Shown in pieces: positions 10,252 through 23,000 of a stretch of DNA of 64,000 nt. The position numbers and the translations under genes were made by a program. Numbering within the stretch: the stretch's first letter is position 1; every line of letters begins with the position of its first letter. A model generated the notes under the pieces. The model saw nothing but the letters and a program-made list of their open reading frames with translations. It was not told the DNA's origin and did not search any database. Source of the DNA: Flectonema sp. DT1601 (Eukaryota); the NCBI GenBank assembly GCA_964019425.1, contig OZ025782.1, positions 620,001-684,000 of the forward strand, given 5' to 3'.

Positions 10252-11829
10252 ATGGATACTAACCCTGTGTTAGTCGGGGACATGATGGGAGGGTTAATGA
10301 AATGGCTGACTGACGAAGTAAAAGAAATGAAAACTTGGAGAGAGGAATGCCAACTAACAATGAACACTTTATCAAACAACTACAACTCTGTACAACAGAA
10401 GTGTAATACACTACAACTGAGAAGCATTCAACAGAAAATGGGCATTCTAAAGGCACAAGGAAAGATACTAGAATCGCAAACCACCAACAGCATTAGAGCA
10501 ATTTTTTATAAGAAATTACGAAGATACCTAAAACTCAATATAGGAAAGAGAAGACGCAAAGCGCAATCACGGAATACGATGTTGACTGTGTTGTCATCTT
10601 CAACGATTTGCATGCAACAGAGATATTTCATAAAATGGTTATTGTGGGGAACTAATAAGGCTGAATTGACAAGAAAGCTAACTCAGTGCATGTCTCTTCA
10701 ATTACGATCAGCAAACCATAATCGCTTAATATATTTTAAAGAACTCCAACGACATCGATCAAGAATGATGTTACACAGAGCTATAACTGACAGATTATCA
10801 TCAATGGTTTCGAATGGATTTTTAAAAGTTCATTTTGAACTTCTTTATCGACACAGAGAAAAACGACTCAACCGAAAGCGAATCGAATCGATGATATACA
10901 CGATGTGCACAGCTAGTGCTCACACTGTAATGTCAGTAGCTTGGAGGAGGTTGTGCAAATATTCAAAAAGAAGATCCCTGATCCGTGTTAAGTCTATAAT
11001 AAAAACAAGAGCATTGACAAACTTTATCAAAACAACAGAATCTGGTACAAGATTATACTGTTATAAAACATGGTTATCATTAGTAGAGAAGAAGAGATCT
11101 CGAAGCCAAAGAGAAATGTTAGCAGATGTAATGAGAAAAGTTGGTAAGCTTGATGATAAAATGGTCGAAGAGGGAAAGACGGTCACATCTGTTCAAAGAA
11201 CACTTAAGGCGTTTGAGGAACGAATGGGTGATGATCAAGAACAACGTCGATACGAAGAAGTCATAGCCAGTCTAAAATTTTCACTATCAGAAAATGACAG
11301 AGCCATTCACATCCTAGACAATAAGTGTGGTGATATTAAAAACCTCGCTATTTCATCTCTCAAAGAAGCAATGAGGGAAGTAGATGATATCATCACGTCG
11401 ATTAAAAGTGATCAGGCAACCAACGCTCGTCAAACTAAAAGCACCGTATTGTCATCACTCACGGAGTTAGAAGAATCGACCAGCATACGAATGGTGAGAT
11501 TAGAAAAAACTCTTGCTGACTTACTTACTGCTGATCGTCAACAAATAAAATACGATCTCGATGCTCGAACAGATGCAATGTCGAAAGAGTTTGCGGATAC
11601 TCGCAATCAGGTTGACGTGTCGTTGAAGTCGTTAGCTAATACAAATACTGTTTTGAATAAAGTCGTGAATAGGATGATATCAGTCGATCACCATCTTGAA
11701 GAACTAGACCGATCTTCATCACAATTACCTCAAACCCATCCACGAGATATTTCTCCAATGAGACAGAGGTTTGATCCAATAACTGGTCGTTCAAATGAAG
11801 ACATTTCACTTCAAAGGCGACATGAATAG
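10252..11829 (+). CDS. Coiled-coil protein with basic helical repeats, function unknown
   Basis: 525-aa ORF after a U-rich AG at 10237; periodic aromatic-xx-(L/W) helices followed by a long coiled coil. Confidence 0.75.
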   Translation: MDTNPVLVGDMMGGLMKWLTDEVKEMKTWREECQLTMNTLSNNYNSVQQKCNTLQLRSIQQKMGILKAQGKILESQTTNSIRAIFYKKLRRYLKLNIGKRRRKAQSRNTMLTVLSSSTICMQQRYFIKWLLWGTNKAELTRKLTQCMSLQLRSANHNRLIYFKELQRHRSRMMLHRAITDRLSSMVSNGFLKVHFELLYRHREKRLNRKRIESMIYTMCTASAHTVMSVAWRRLCKYSKRRSLIRVKSIIKTRALTNFIKTTESGTRLYCYKTWLSLVEKKRSRSQREMLADVMRKVGKLDDKMVEEGKTVTSVQRTLKAFEERMGDDQEQRRYEEVIASLKFSLSENDRAIHILDNKCGDIKNLAISSLKEAMREVDDIITSIKSDQATNARQTKSTVLSSLTELEESTSIRMVRLEKTLADLLTADRQQIKYDLDARTDAMSKEFADTRNQVDVSLKSLANTNTVLNKVVNRMISVDHHLEELDRSSSQLPQTHPRDISPMRQRFDPITGRSNEDISLQRRHE

Positions 11830-12050
11830 TTCAACCACATACGTAGAACTGAATATATAGAATTTTTTATTTTTTTACTTAAACAACATAGAATAAACGT
11901 ACCTGTAATTATACATAGAATGATGTTTGGTTTTTTTGTTTATAATTGAATAGCAAAGAATGTTTGGTATCCATCCTGAAGTTTGTTTTTAATACCTTTT
12001 TTTCTTATCAGGGCAGCTCCTCCCCCCCTTGCGGGGCATCCCAAGAGCTG

Positions 12051-12921
12051 ATGACACGTAGAGAGAATGATGGAGGAGCAGTAGTTGCGCCTCAGCGATA
12101 CCCATTGAAGCGTGGTACATCGCATTTACCAGATTTCAATCCTTACCACACTGATGTTATTGAAGATCCAGCAAAGGTAGCTCAAGTTGAGTATAAAGGA
12201 ATGAGTCTCAGAGGAATATACGCAGCCTCATGTGATGCTTACGGTTATCGAAAGAATACGTCACTTTTGAAAATTCTACCAGCGACAGTTGAGACTTCCG
12301 GAGAGCTGATAGCTTTGAATTTAAGTCTTAACTTTGTGGGAAAGTTAGGCATTCGTCCCATCTTAGAAGTGATTCAAAATGCCTCTAACCTGGAAGAAAT
12401 AAATTTCAGCGATAATTTCTTAGACAATTCATCTGTTTCAGAATTAGTAGCGACCCTCGATGGTCGAACACAAATAAAGTCAGTTGACTTGTCAAAAAAT
12501 CCAATTTCACAATCTGGTGGAAAACTTATCAATTCCTTAGTAAGAAATAATAGCAACATATTACACGTTGGTGTGGCAGAAACTCTGATTAATCCGGCAC
12601 TTAGAGCGTCTATTCTACAAAAAGTAGACAGGAACAGAGATCTTTCTACAGAAGAACGAAGTCTCCGATTCAAACAACAAGCCGCTCTCCGTGGAAACTA
12701 TCACCAACAGCAGACTAAGCGATTACAACGGATTCATGGCTCTCATTCAAGCGGAGTCAATCTTGACGTTCTCATGGCATTGGCTAATGAATTGGTATGT
12801 TGTTTTCTTGTTGTGTTTACATGTGAAAGTATTATTATTAACTAGAGTAAAGAAACCCAAACAGGATCCGACAGGGACAAAGTGCCGTAGCCTGTCTACT
12901 TTGATTGGAAGTATTGAATAG
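12051..12921 (+). CDS. RNI-like leucine-rich-repeat protein, exons 12051-12794 and 12865-12921
   Basis: LNLSLNFVG, INFSDNFLD, VDLSKNPISQSGG; start uncertain because the frame is open from the acceptor at 12011. Confidence 0.8.
12795..12864 (+). other. Spliceosomal intron (70 nt)
   Basis: GTATGTTGTTTTCTT...AAGAAACCCAAACAG, phase 0; the two ends are partly complementary. Confidence 0.75.
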
Positions 12922-13772
12922 AAGAACCAGTAATACGTAAATGGGTTACTGCTGCGTTATACAAACGGAAAGTTGTGTAGACACAAAATCTTATTGCACT
13001 ATTGAAATAAAGAAAGAAAAAAAAAAAAAAAAAAAACCCCTCCCTTCCGGGAGTGGAGCAGGAACGTCGTTTCTTCTTTTCTCTTCATCTCCTTTTGTTT
13101 GCTCTTGGATGAACCTCATTTGATCAAACGGAATACTGGGAATAAATATTACGTTTAACCAATGAACTGAGGGAGTTAACGATGGGACACTCTTACGGCA
13201 CGGAACGTTTCAAATTAACGACTGCGCCCTTTTCTTCAAAGTTGTGATTAGAAAGTTTTTTCTTCTTTTTTTTGTCAGAACACCTTCTAGTTGTCTTGTT
13301 TTTAATTTCTGTTCTTTTTTTTTTTTTTCCCCCTTTATTTTATTATTCTTCACACGATTCTGTTGTTGTAAATAATTAGGTGAGCAGCATGGTGCTGGGA
13401 GGACGGGGAGAAATAAACAACTGGCGTGTTCCCACTTCCAGATTTTTTTTAAAGGAATATATTTTTTTTTTTTTCCCCCTTTGTTTTTGTACAACAAGTA
13501 AACAATTGAGGAATAGGGAAAAAAATAGAAAAAAAAAAAAACAAAAAAATATATTTAAAAGGAAAATAAGAACGGTAACTTATATGAAACATGAGCAAGA
13601 GTTAGCGTTTTCCTGAAACCACATGGGAATAAGGTGAGTATTCCATTGTGAAGCATCTTCACTATCTCAGTTTTTTGTGTGAAGATAGCGAAGATGATCG
13701 TCGTTTGGGTATCGGTAGTCGAAACTGTTTGTTATTAGGTTATTGCATTATATTTTTCATTTTTTCATTTTT

Positions 13773-13809
<37 letters not shown>

Positions 13810-13832
13810 CGTTCATCAACGTTGAACGGGGG

Positions 13833-13869
<37 letters not shown>

Positions 13870-14024
13870 GGTTTAAAGTTAATGTTGTAAAACATTTTTT
13901 GACCTTCCCCGACTTGGGCTGACTACTTCAACAATAATTGATTAACGTTGCTACTAATTATTAATTACCTTTTTTTTTTTTTAATCAGGCGGTTGTACCA
14001 CAGTTATATTTAGATTTATCAAAG

Positions 14025-17000
14025 ATGAGTGTTTGTTAACTTATTTATTATTCTCAACTAAACAGGATCCCGCTGGGGAAGCAATGAGATTCTCCACAGG
14101 AGACTCAGTGCGGGTTCGAGATAATGAAAAAGAAGAGTGGAAGAATGGTACGGTAACTGACATGAGGGGTGACAAACCTGTTGTAAAATTACAGGGACAG
14201 TCAAGGGGTTTCACCTGGACTTTCGTAGAGCACAGCGATGGCAGTACCGCGAAGACTGAACCACCACCAACATTCGAATCAGGGGACGTTGTTAGGGTAC
14301 GTGACAATGGTGGAGAAGACTGGAAAGAAGGAATCGTAACTGATGTTAGATTAGGTAAACCTGTTGTAAAGCTACAAGGTCAGGCTAGAGCATTTAGTTG
14401 GAATTTCTTTGAACTCATTAAGAAAGGATCCTCGAGTAAGAGTGGGTCGAATAATATTTCTGTCGGAGACAAACTTCGAGTCCGCGACAATGCAAAGGAA
14501 GATTGGAAAACTGGTACCGTTACCGACATGAGAGGAGATAAACCCGTAGTCAAGTTGGAAGGTCAGAGCCGAGGGTTCACTTGGACTTTCTTCGAACCAG
14601 CCAGTAGTAGTGGTGGTGGTGGCGGTGGTGGTTCAGCTGCGGGAACTAAATCATCATCAGGCAGCAAGCCTGATATCGGTGACAAAGTCCGCGTCCGTGA
14701 CAACGAGAGAGAAGATTGGAAGGTTGGAACCGTAACAGAGATGAGGGGAGACAAACCTGTTGTTCAATTGCCCGGCCAGTCCCGTTCCTTCACCTGGACC
14801 TTCTGTGAGCTTGAGGGTGGTGGAGGTGGTGGTGGTGACTCTAAACCGCCTACTTCATCAGGTGGTGGTAACAAAATATCAATTGGAGATACTATCCGAG
14901 TCCGTGATAATGAAAAAGAAAGCTGGAAGAACGGTACCGTCACCGACATGAGGGGAGACAAGCCTGTCGTCAAGTTGGATGGTCAGAGTCGTGGATTCAC
15001 CTGGACTTTCTTCGAACCGGCCAGTAGTGGTGGTGGCGGCGGTAAGTCTTCCAGTGAGAAGACATCATCGAGTAAGATTGATATCGGTGACAAGGTTCGT
15101 GTTCGTGACAACGAGAAAGAAGATTGGAAAGTTGGAACCGTTACTGAAATGAGAGGAGACAAACCCGTCGTGCAGCTATCAGGTCAATCTCGTGCCTTCA
15201 CTTGGACTTTCTTCGAACTGGAAGGTGGCAGTAGCAGCGTGAAGCCATCGTCTTCACCTTCTAGTAAAATATCAATTGGTGGGAAGGTCCGTGTTCGGGA
15301 TAATGAAAAAGAAGATTGGAAGACTGGTACCGTTACTGACATGAGGGGAGACAAACCCGTTGTCAAGTTGGATGGTCAGAGCAGAGGGTTCACCTGGACT
15401 TTCTTCGAACCTGCCAGTAGTAGTGGTGGTGGTGGCGGTAAGTCTTCCAGTGAGAAGACATCATCGAGTAAGATTGATATCGGTGACAAGGTTCGTGTTC
15501 GTGACAACGAGAAGGAGGATTGGAAAGTTGGAACCGTTACTGACATGAGAGGAGACAAACCTGTTGTTCAATTAGCGGGTCAATCTCGAGGATTCACTTG
15601 GACATTCTTTGAGAAAGAAGGAAGTGACTCTGATGCCAAACCGACTTCTTCATCAACTCGGATATCAATCGGTGATAAGATTCAAGTTCGTGACAATGAA
15701 AAGGAAGATTGGAAGACTGGTACCGTTACTGACATGAGGGGAGACAAACCCGTTGTCAAGTTGGAAGGTCAATCTCGTGCCTTCACTTGGACTTTCTTCG
15801 AACCAGTTGGAGGAGGAGAACAGAAACCAACCCCGCCATCGTCGGGTGATAAAATATCAATCGGCGATAAGGTTCGTGTTCGAGACAACGAGAAGGAAGA
15901 TTGGAAGAACGGTACTGTCTCTGACATGAGGGGAAACAAGGCTGTTGTCAAGTTGGATGGTCAGAGCAGAGGATTCACCTGGACATTCTGTGAATCTTTG
16001 AGTGGCGGGTCCGATGTCAAGCCTTCCCCACCTTCATCAGGTAAGATATCAATCGGTGATAAGGTCCGTGTTCGTGACAATGAAAAGGAAGATTGGAAAA
16101 CTGGTACCGTTACTGACATGAGAGGAGACAAACCTGTAGTCAAGTTGGAAGGTCAGAGTCGTGGTTTCACTTGGACTTTCTTCGAACCAACTGGTGGCAG
16201 TGGTGGTGGCGGTGGATCTTCTGGTGGGAAGACATCGTCGAGTAAGAAAATTGATATCGGTGACAAGGTTCGTGTTCGTGACAACGAGAAGGAGGATTGG
16301 AAAGTTGGAACCGTTACTGACATGAGAGGGGATAAACCCGTCGTGCAGCTATCAGGTCAATCTCGTGCCTTCACTTGGACTTTCTTTGAACTGGAAGGTG
16401 GTGGTGGTGGAGGAAGTGATTCAAAACCTTCTGGATCATCAGGTAAGATATCAATCGGTGATAAGGTCCGTGTCCGAGACAATGACAAGGAGGATTGGAA
16501 GACTGGTACCGTTACTGACATGAGGGGAGACAAACCCGTAGTCAAGTTGGATGGTCAGAGTCGTGGATTCACCTGGACTTTCTTCGAACCTGCCAGTAGT
16601 AGTGGTGGTGGCGGCGGTAAGTCTTCCAGTGAGAAGACATCATCGAGTAAGATTGATATCGGTGACAAGGTTCGTGTTCGTGACAACGAGAAAGAAGATT
16701 GGAAAGTTGGAACCGTTACTGAAATGAGAGGGGACAAACCCGTCGTGCAGCTATCAGGTCAATCTCGTGCCTTCACTTGGACTTTCTTCGAACTGGAAGG
16801 TGGTGGTGGTGGTGGAGGAAGTGATTCAAAACCTTCTGGATCATCAGGTAAGATATCAATCGGTGATAAGGTTCAAGTTCGTGATAATGAAAAAGAAGAT
16901 TGGAAGAATGGAACCGTCACTGACATGAGAGGGGACAAACCTGTCGTAAAGTTAGATGGTCAGAGCCGAGGGTTCACTTGGACTTTCTTCGAACCAGTTG

Positions 17001-20000
17001 GAGGTGGAAAGGGCGGCAGTAGTTCAAAACCATCTTCTGGAGGTAAAATTGATATCGGTGACAAGGTTCGTGTTCGTGACAACGAGAAAGAAGATTGGAA
17101 GGTTGGAACCGTTACTGACATGAGAGGAGACAAACCCGTCGTGCAGCTATCAGGTCAATCTCGTGCCTTCACTTGGACTTTCTTCGAACTGGAAGGTGGT
17201 GGTGGTGGTGGTGGTGGAGACGTGAAACCAACATCATCGTCTGGTAAGATATCAATTGGTGACAAACTCCGTGTTCGGGATAATGAAAAGGAAGATTGGA
17301 AGACTGGTACCGTCACCGACATGAGGGGAGACAAACCCGTTGTCAAGTTAGACGGTCAAAGTCGCGGATTCACCTGGTCATTTTTCGAACCTACAGGAGG
17401 AGGATCCGAAATAAAACCTTCCCCGCCGTCGTCAGGTAAAATATCAATAGGCGATAAGGTCCGCGTACGTGATAACGATAAAGAAGATTGGAAAAACGGG
17501 ACTGTCACCGATATGAGAGGTGACAAGGCTGTTGTCAAGTTGGATGGTCAGAGTCGTGGCTTCACCTGGACATTCTGTGAATCTTTGAGTGGCGGGTCCG
17601 ATGTCAAGCCTTCCCCACCTTCATCAGGTAAGATATCAATCGGTGATAAGGTTCAAGTTCGTGACAATGAAAAGGAAGATTGGAAGAATGGAACCGTTAC
17701 TGACATGAGAGGAGACAAAGCTGTCGTAAAACTTGATGGTCAGAGCAGAGGATTCACCTGGACATTTTGTGAACCAGTTGGGGGTGGTAGGAGCGGAGGT
17801 AGATCTAAACCGTCGTCAGGTAAACAAATTGATATCGGTGACAAGGTTCGTGTTCGTGACAACGAGAAAGAAGATTGGAAAGTTGGAACCGTTACTGAAA
17901 TGAGAGGAGACAAACCCGTCGTGCAGCTATCAGGTCAATCTCGTGCCTTCACTTGGACCTTCTTCGAACTGGAAGGTGGTGGTGGTGGTGGAGGAAGTGA
18001 TTCAAAACCTTCTGGATCATCAGGTAAGATATCAATCGGTGATAAGGTTCAAGTTCGTGATAATGAAAAGGAGGATTGGAAGACTGGTACCGTTACTGAC
18101 ATGAGGGGAGACAAACCCGTTGTCAAGTTGGAAGGTCAATCTCGTGCCTTCACTTGGACTTTCTTCGAACCAGTTGGAGGAGGAGAACAGAAACCAACCC
18201 CGCCATCGTCGGGTGATAAAATATCAATCGGAGATAAGGTTCGTGTTCGAGACAACGAGAAGGAAGATTGGAAGAACGGTACTGTCTCTGACATGAGGGG
18301 AAACAAGGCTGTTGTCAAGTTGGATGGTCAGAGCAGAGGATTCACCTGGACATTCTGTGAATCTTTGAGTGGCGGGTCCGATGTCAAGCCTTCCCCACCT
18401 TCATCAGGTAAGATATCAATCGGTGATAAGGTCCGTGTTCGTGACAATGAAAAGGAAGATTGGAAAACTGGTACCGTCAGCGACATGAGAGGCGACAAAG
18501 CAGTCGTAAAACTTGATGGTCAGAGCAGAGGATTCACCTGGACATTTTGTGAAATAGCAAGTGGGAGGTCGTCGTCACCAGTACAGAAACCACCTTCCCG
18601 GGGAGAAGTTGCAGTTGGAGACAAAGTTCGTGTTCGTGATAATGAAAAGGAAGATTGGAAGAATGGAACCGTCACTGACATGAGAGGGGACAAACCTGTC
18701 GTAAAGTTAGATGGTCAGTCAAGGGGGTTCACGTGGACCATATTCGAAGTTGTTGGAAGCTCATCACCCAAACCTACACCACCTGCTGGAGGCAAAGTGT
18801 CAACCGGTGATAAGGTACGCGTCAGAGACAACGAAAAAGAAGAATGGAAGACTGGAACCGTTAGTGACATGAGAGGTGACAAACCTGTAGTCAAGTTAGA
18901 TGGTCAGAGTCGTGGCTTCACTTGGACTTTTTTTGAAGTAGTCGGTTCAGGAAGTAATGATGTTGATAAAAAACCATCTCCTCCTTCTACAAGTAAGTTT
19001 TCTATCGGGGATTTAGTAAGTGTGAAAGACGCTGAAAAGGAAGACTGGAAGAACGGTACCGTTTCTGATATGAGAGGCAACACTCCGATAATAAAATTAG
19101 AAGGACAGTCAAGAGGGTTTTCATGGAGGTTCTGTGAACCCAGAGGAGACAAGTCTGACAAGTCTGAAGGCACCCAATTCGTAGTAGGCGATACCGTGAG
19201 GGTAAGAGACTCTGAAAAAGAAGACTGGAAACCCGCTACGGTTCGTGAAATCTCTGGAGGAAAGACCTACGCCACCCTGGAAGGTCAAAGTAGGAGTCAC
19301 ACTTGGAGCCACATGGAAATAGATAAAACTGGAGGTGCGACTTCGACTCAGCCAGCAAAAAGCTCAAATTTCAGAGTAGACGACACCGTTCGAGTCAGAG
19401 ACAGCGAGAAGGAAGAATGGAAGTACGCAACCGTAACAGAAATTCAAGCAAACGGAACACCTCTTGCCAGAGTGGAAGGTGCAAATAGATCGTACAGCTG
19501 GGATATGATGGAATTGGACAAGACTGGTGGGGGTGGAGGTGGTGGGGGAAAGACCACGACCCAAGCTTCAAACTTTCGTGTCGGAGATGCGGTACTTGTC
19601 CGCCAATCTGAGAAAGAGAGTTGGCAGAGTGCAACTGTTTCTGAGATATCAGGCAGCCAGGTATTCGCCAAGTCTGAACACTCAAATCGTTCAATAACAT
19701 GGAATCACATCAGTATCGATAAAACTGGAGGTAAGAAGAAAAAGGATTCTAACTTTCGTACCGGAGATATAGTTCGAGTCAGAGACAGCAGCAACGAGGG
19801 TTGGAAAACAGCAACAGTTAGAGAAGTAACATCAACTGGTGATGTACTTGCTTCTGTTGATGGTAATAATAGATCCTATACTTGGAATCAAATGGAAATT
19901 GATAAAACAGCTGGCTCGGGAGATAAAACTCAATCATCTTCGCTCACAACATTCAGAGTCGGTGACTGCGTCCGCGTACGTGACAGTGAAACAGAAGATT

Positions 20001-23000
20001 GGCGATCAGCAACAGTCGCAGAACTACGAGGAGGTAATCAAACACCAATTGTTGTTCTTGAAGGACAGACTAGAGGATATTCATGGAATTATTGTGAAAT
20101 TGATAAAACTAGTGTAGATGATCGCTATAAAAAAGTATCTCCTCCAGGAAAGGGAGCAATCCCAGACTCAAGGCTCGATGACTACACAAAAGGTGCGATG
20201 GTACGAGCTCTGAGAACAATCCATTTCAAGTCGGGAAGGGTTATTCAAACAGGTGATGTTGGATTCGTAACTAAAGTACCTGGTGACTCTGTTGGAAGTC
20301 CAGCTCAAGTTAGATTTGCTGACATAACTTACAGCATTGATCATGGTGAAGTTGAGGTAGTCGGTGGTAATACAGTAATGCCTCCTCCACCACCAGTACA
20401 GCAACAACCCACAATTGTACATCCTCCATACATCTCATCACCAGTTATGCAGCCAACGTACCAGCAAGCTTTTCCTTCACCTCCAATGATGCCTATGCAT
20501 TTACCTCCAGCACAGACGCATAGGTTTTCTCCTCCTCATCATCCTGCTAAGCCACCAATGTACTTTCATGATACAACTAAGAGGGCTCCAGAACCTTCTC
20601 TCCCTCCTCCGCAGTTTGTTCCAAATCCAATACCTCCACCGCAGCCGTTTCAAATGCATTTAACAAATGAATCGTTGAATTGGCAGTTACTCAGCGGTAT
20701 CGATACGACGAAATTACTTCATGCTGGACACACTATTGATGTTGAGATCCTTGAGAGTATTATGAAGAATGTTACATATGCGACACTACCGTTTGAGGAA
20801 GCAGCTCAACTGCAACCGAGACACGTTCAGCATTTGTTTTCATTAAGTCAGTTAGTAACACAATATCTCGTCTACACTCAGAAGTATGTTGTTAATGAAA
20901 AGGATGCGATGTCAAAACAAGCTGAAGAACAATACCACGAATCATGTTCTCTACGAGAGTTGTACGATAAACTGACATTTGATTACAAGGAATTGGCATC
21001 AGCGAATAAACACTTAAAGAAAACTGTTTATATGTACGAGTTGGGTGTTGGTCATAATGGTAAGGTTAATGGAGGGGGTGGTGGTGGGGGCGGTGAGGGA
21101 TCTTTCAAATGTGACATTTGCGGAAGGCTTTTCAAAAAAGAAAACCACCTGTTATCGCATTCCCGCAAGCGTCACAATGGAGCAGCTGGCGTTACCACCG
21201 TCAACAACAATACTGCGGGTGATAATCGTTTGTATGATTTATATCAACAACTTCTTAGAAAAAATGAAGCTGACTCCGAACAACGCAATCGCGAAGCCGC
21301 TGAAAACACGCGTTTCATCTCCCAGCTAACTGAAGAGCTTAAGGATCTTAAAAAAGGCGCGTCCCCTACTTTGTTATCCGAGCCTCACCGCATCCGTGAA
21401 GCCGAAGTTATAAAAAGGGAACAGGTATGACTTTTTTTTTCTGTTGGAATAAAAATCGGGTTTATGATCACAGCAAAGTGGTTGTTTATGTTATTTAAAA
21501 CAGGAATTGGAAGCACGCGAACGCGAACATCGCGAACATATAGCCACCGAAATTGAGCGGAAAAGACTCCACGAATTGCGACAGTCGGAAGGTACTAAGG
21601 TATGCTTTACTTATTTGAAATTAATCAGTTTTATTGAAGAAAAAACAAAAAAACAAAAAAAAAACAGAAAATAATGGAAGAAGAGATTATTAAGTTAAAG
21701 GGCATGCTCTCTCAAAAGCCACAAGCATGGGGAACTGATGAAGAAGAAGACGAGACAATTGTCATAACACCAGAACTTCGAAGAGGTGATGGAGTTCGTA
21801 TTGTGCAAGCTGTTAGAATTGAAGATGAGTACGCAGGTGTTGGAGAGACTGGGGTGGTCATGAGAGTACCAGGAGATCACGGCATGGCTGCTGTTATATC
21901 TGTAGGAGGAATGACTTGCAATGCACCTCAGCGGTATTTTAAAAAGATAACAGAAGCATACACCCCTGGAGATCACGTCTGTTTTAATAAACTAATTCGT
22001 CTTCGTTCTGGTCGTATTATAGAGGCTGGCTCAATTGGTGAAGTTCGTAGGGTTCCAGGAGATAATGGTGCTGTAGCAGAGGTTCAGATTGATGATATAT
22101 TGTATGATGCACATTTATCAGAAATACGAAAGTATGAGGGACGAATGCGGCAGAAACCTCAGAAACCAACCCTGGCATCGGTTGCTGCCCCACACCCCGC
22201 CCCTATACCTCGTTCAAGTCGTCAAGAAGTTGTCAATTCACAGGTTGTGACCAGTCCTAGTGCTGCATCTCAACGTGTTGTCATTGAGCAGCCCGTAGTT
22301 GAACAAGAGATTCCAGTGTCCCCGCTTGATATTTTGATGTCATTTTCGGATAATGTTCCCGAACTATTCAAAAAGTTCACTGGTAAGTTCAGCTGCAGTA
22401 CTAGTCAAGTCCACAATAAAAAGCCAGTATGGAAGCACACATCATCAGATGTATGGGTCTTCAATGACGCTAATAACCATTGGGTAGTCACTGATGAATC
22501 AGTGTTTAGTTCAGGTAGGGGATGGTTTTTTTCGAAAACAGCTGATCATGCTCCCTACAGTGTTGCGATGTGGCAGATAGCTGGAACCCCACCAATTGAT
22601 GAAATAGGTATCAGAACAGAACCTTGGAAACCAAAATATTTATCTGTCGAGGTCACCTCATTACAACAAGCATGTGGATTCTATGAACTGCAAGGCAACT
22701 TATTAAATGGACATTCCTACTATCAATTAACAACTAGACAACAAAAGGCTGTTTCATCACCGTATTACCTCTACTCATCAACTTCTGGACACTGGGTCAT
22801 TACTGATAGTAAAAATGATTTTACATCTGGACAGGGTTATCTTTACAGCACGACAGCACACGGAAATAGTGATCCTACAAAATTATTGAACTGGACAGTC
22901 GGAGGAGTAGAACAAAAGATTATCATAAATGAAGCTAGAGAGAGTGACAGAGGTGATCTAACACAGTCATCTGATGTTGAGGTGAAGTCAGCAGAAACAA

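Noticed and set aside
14041..19700. Many 60-100-aa minus-strand ORFs repeating through the array
   Set aside because: Antisense shadows of the coding repeat; no independent signals
14090..20105. Regular repeat-linker pattern superficially like a CRISPR array
   Set aside because: Units are ~190 bp, in frame and protein-coding, the linkers recur, and there are no cas genes
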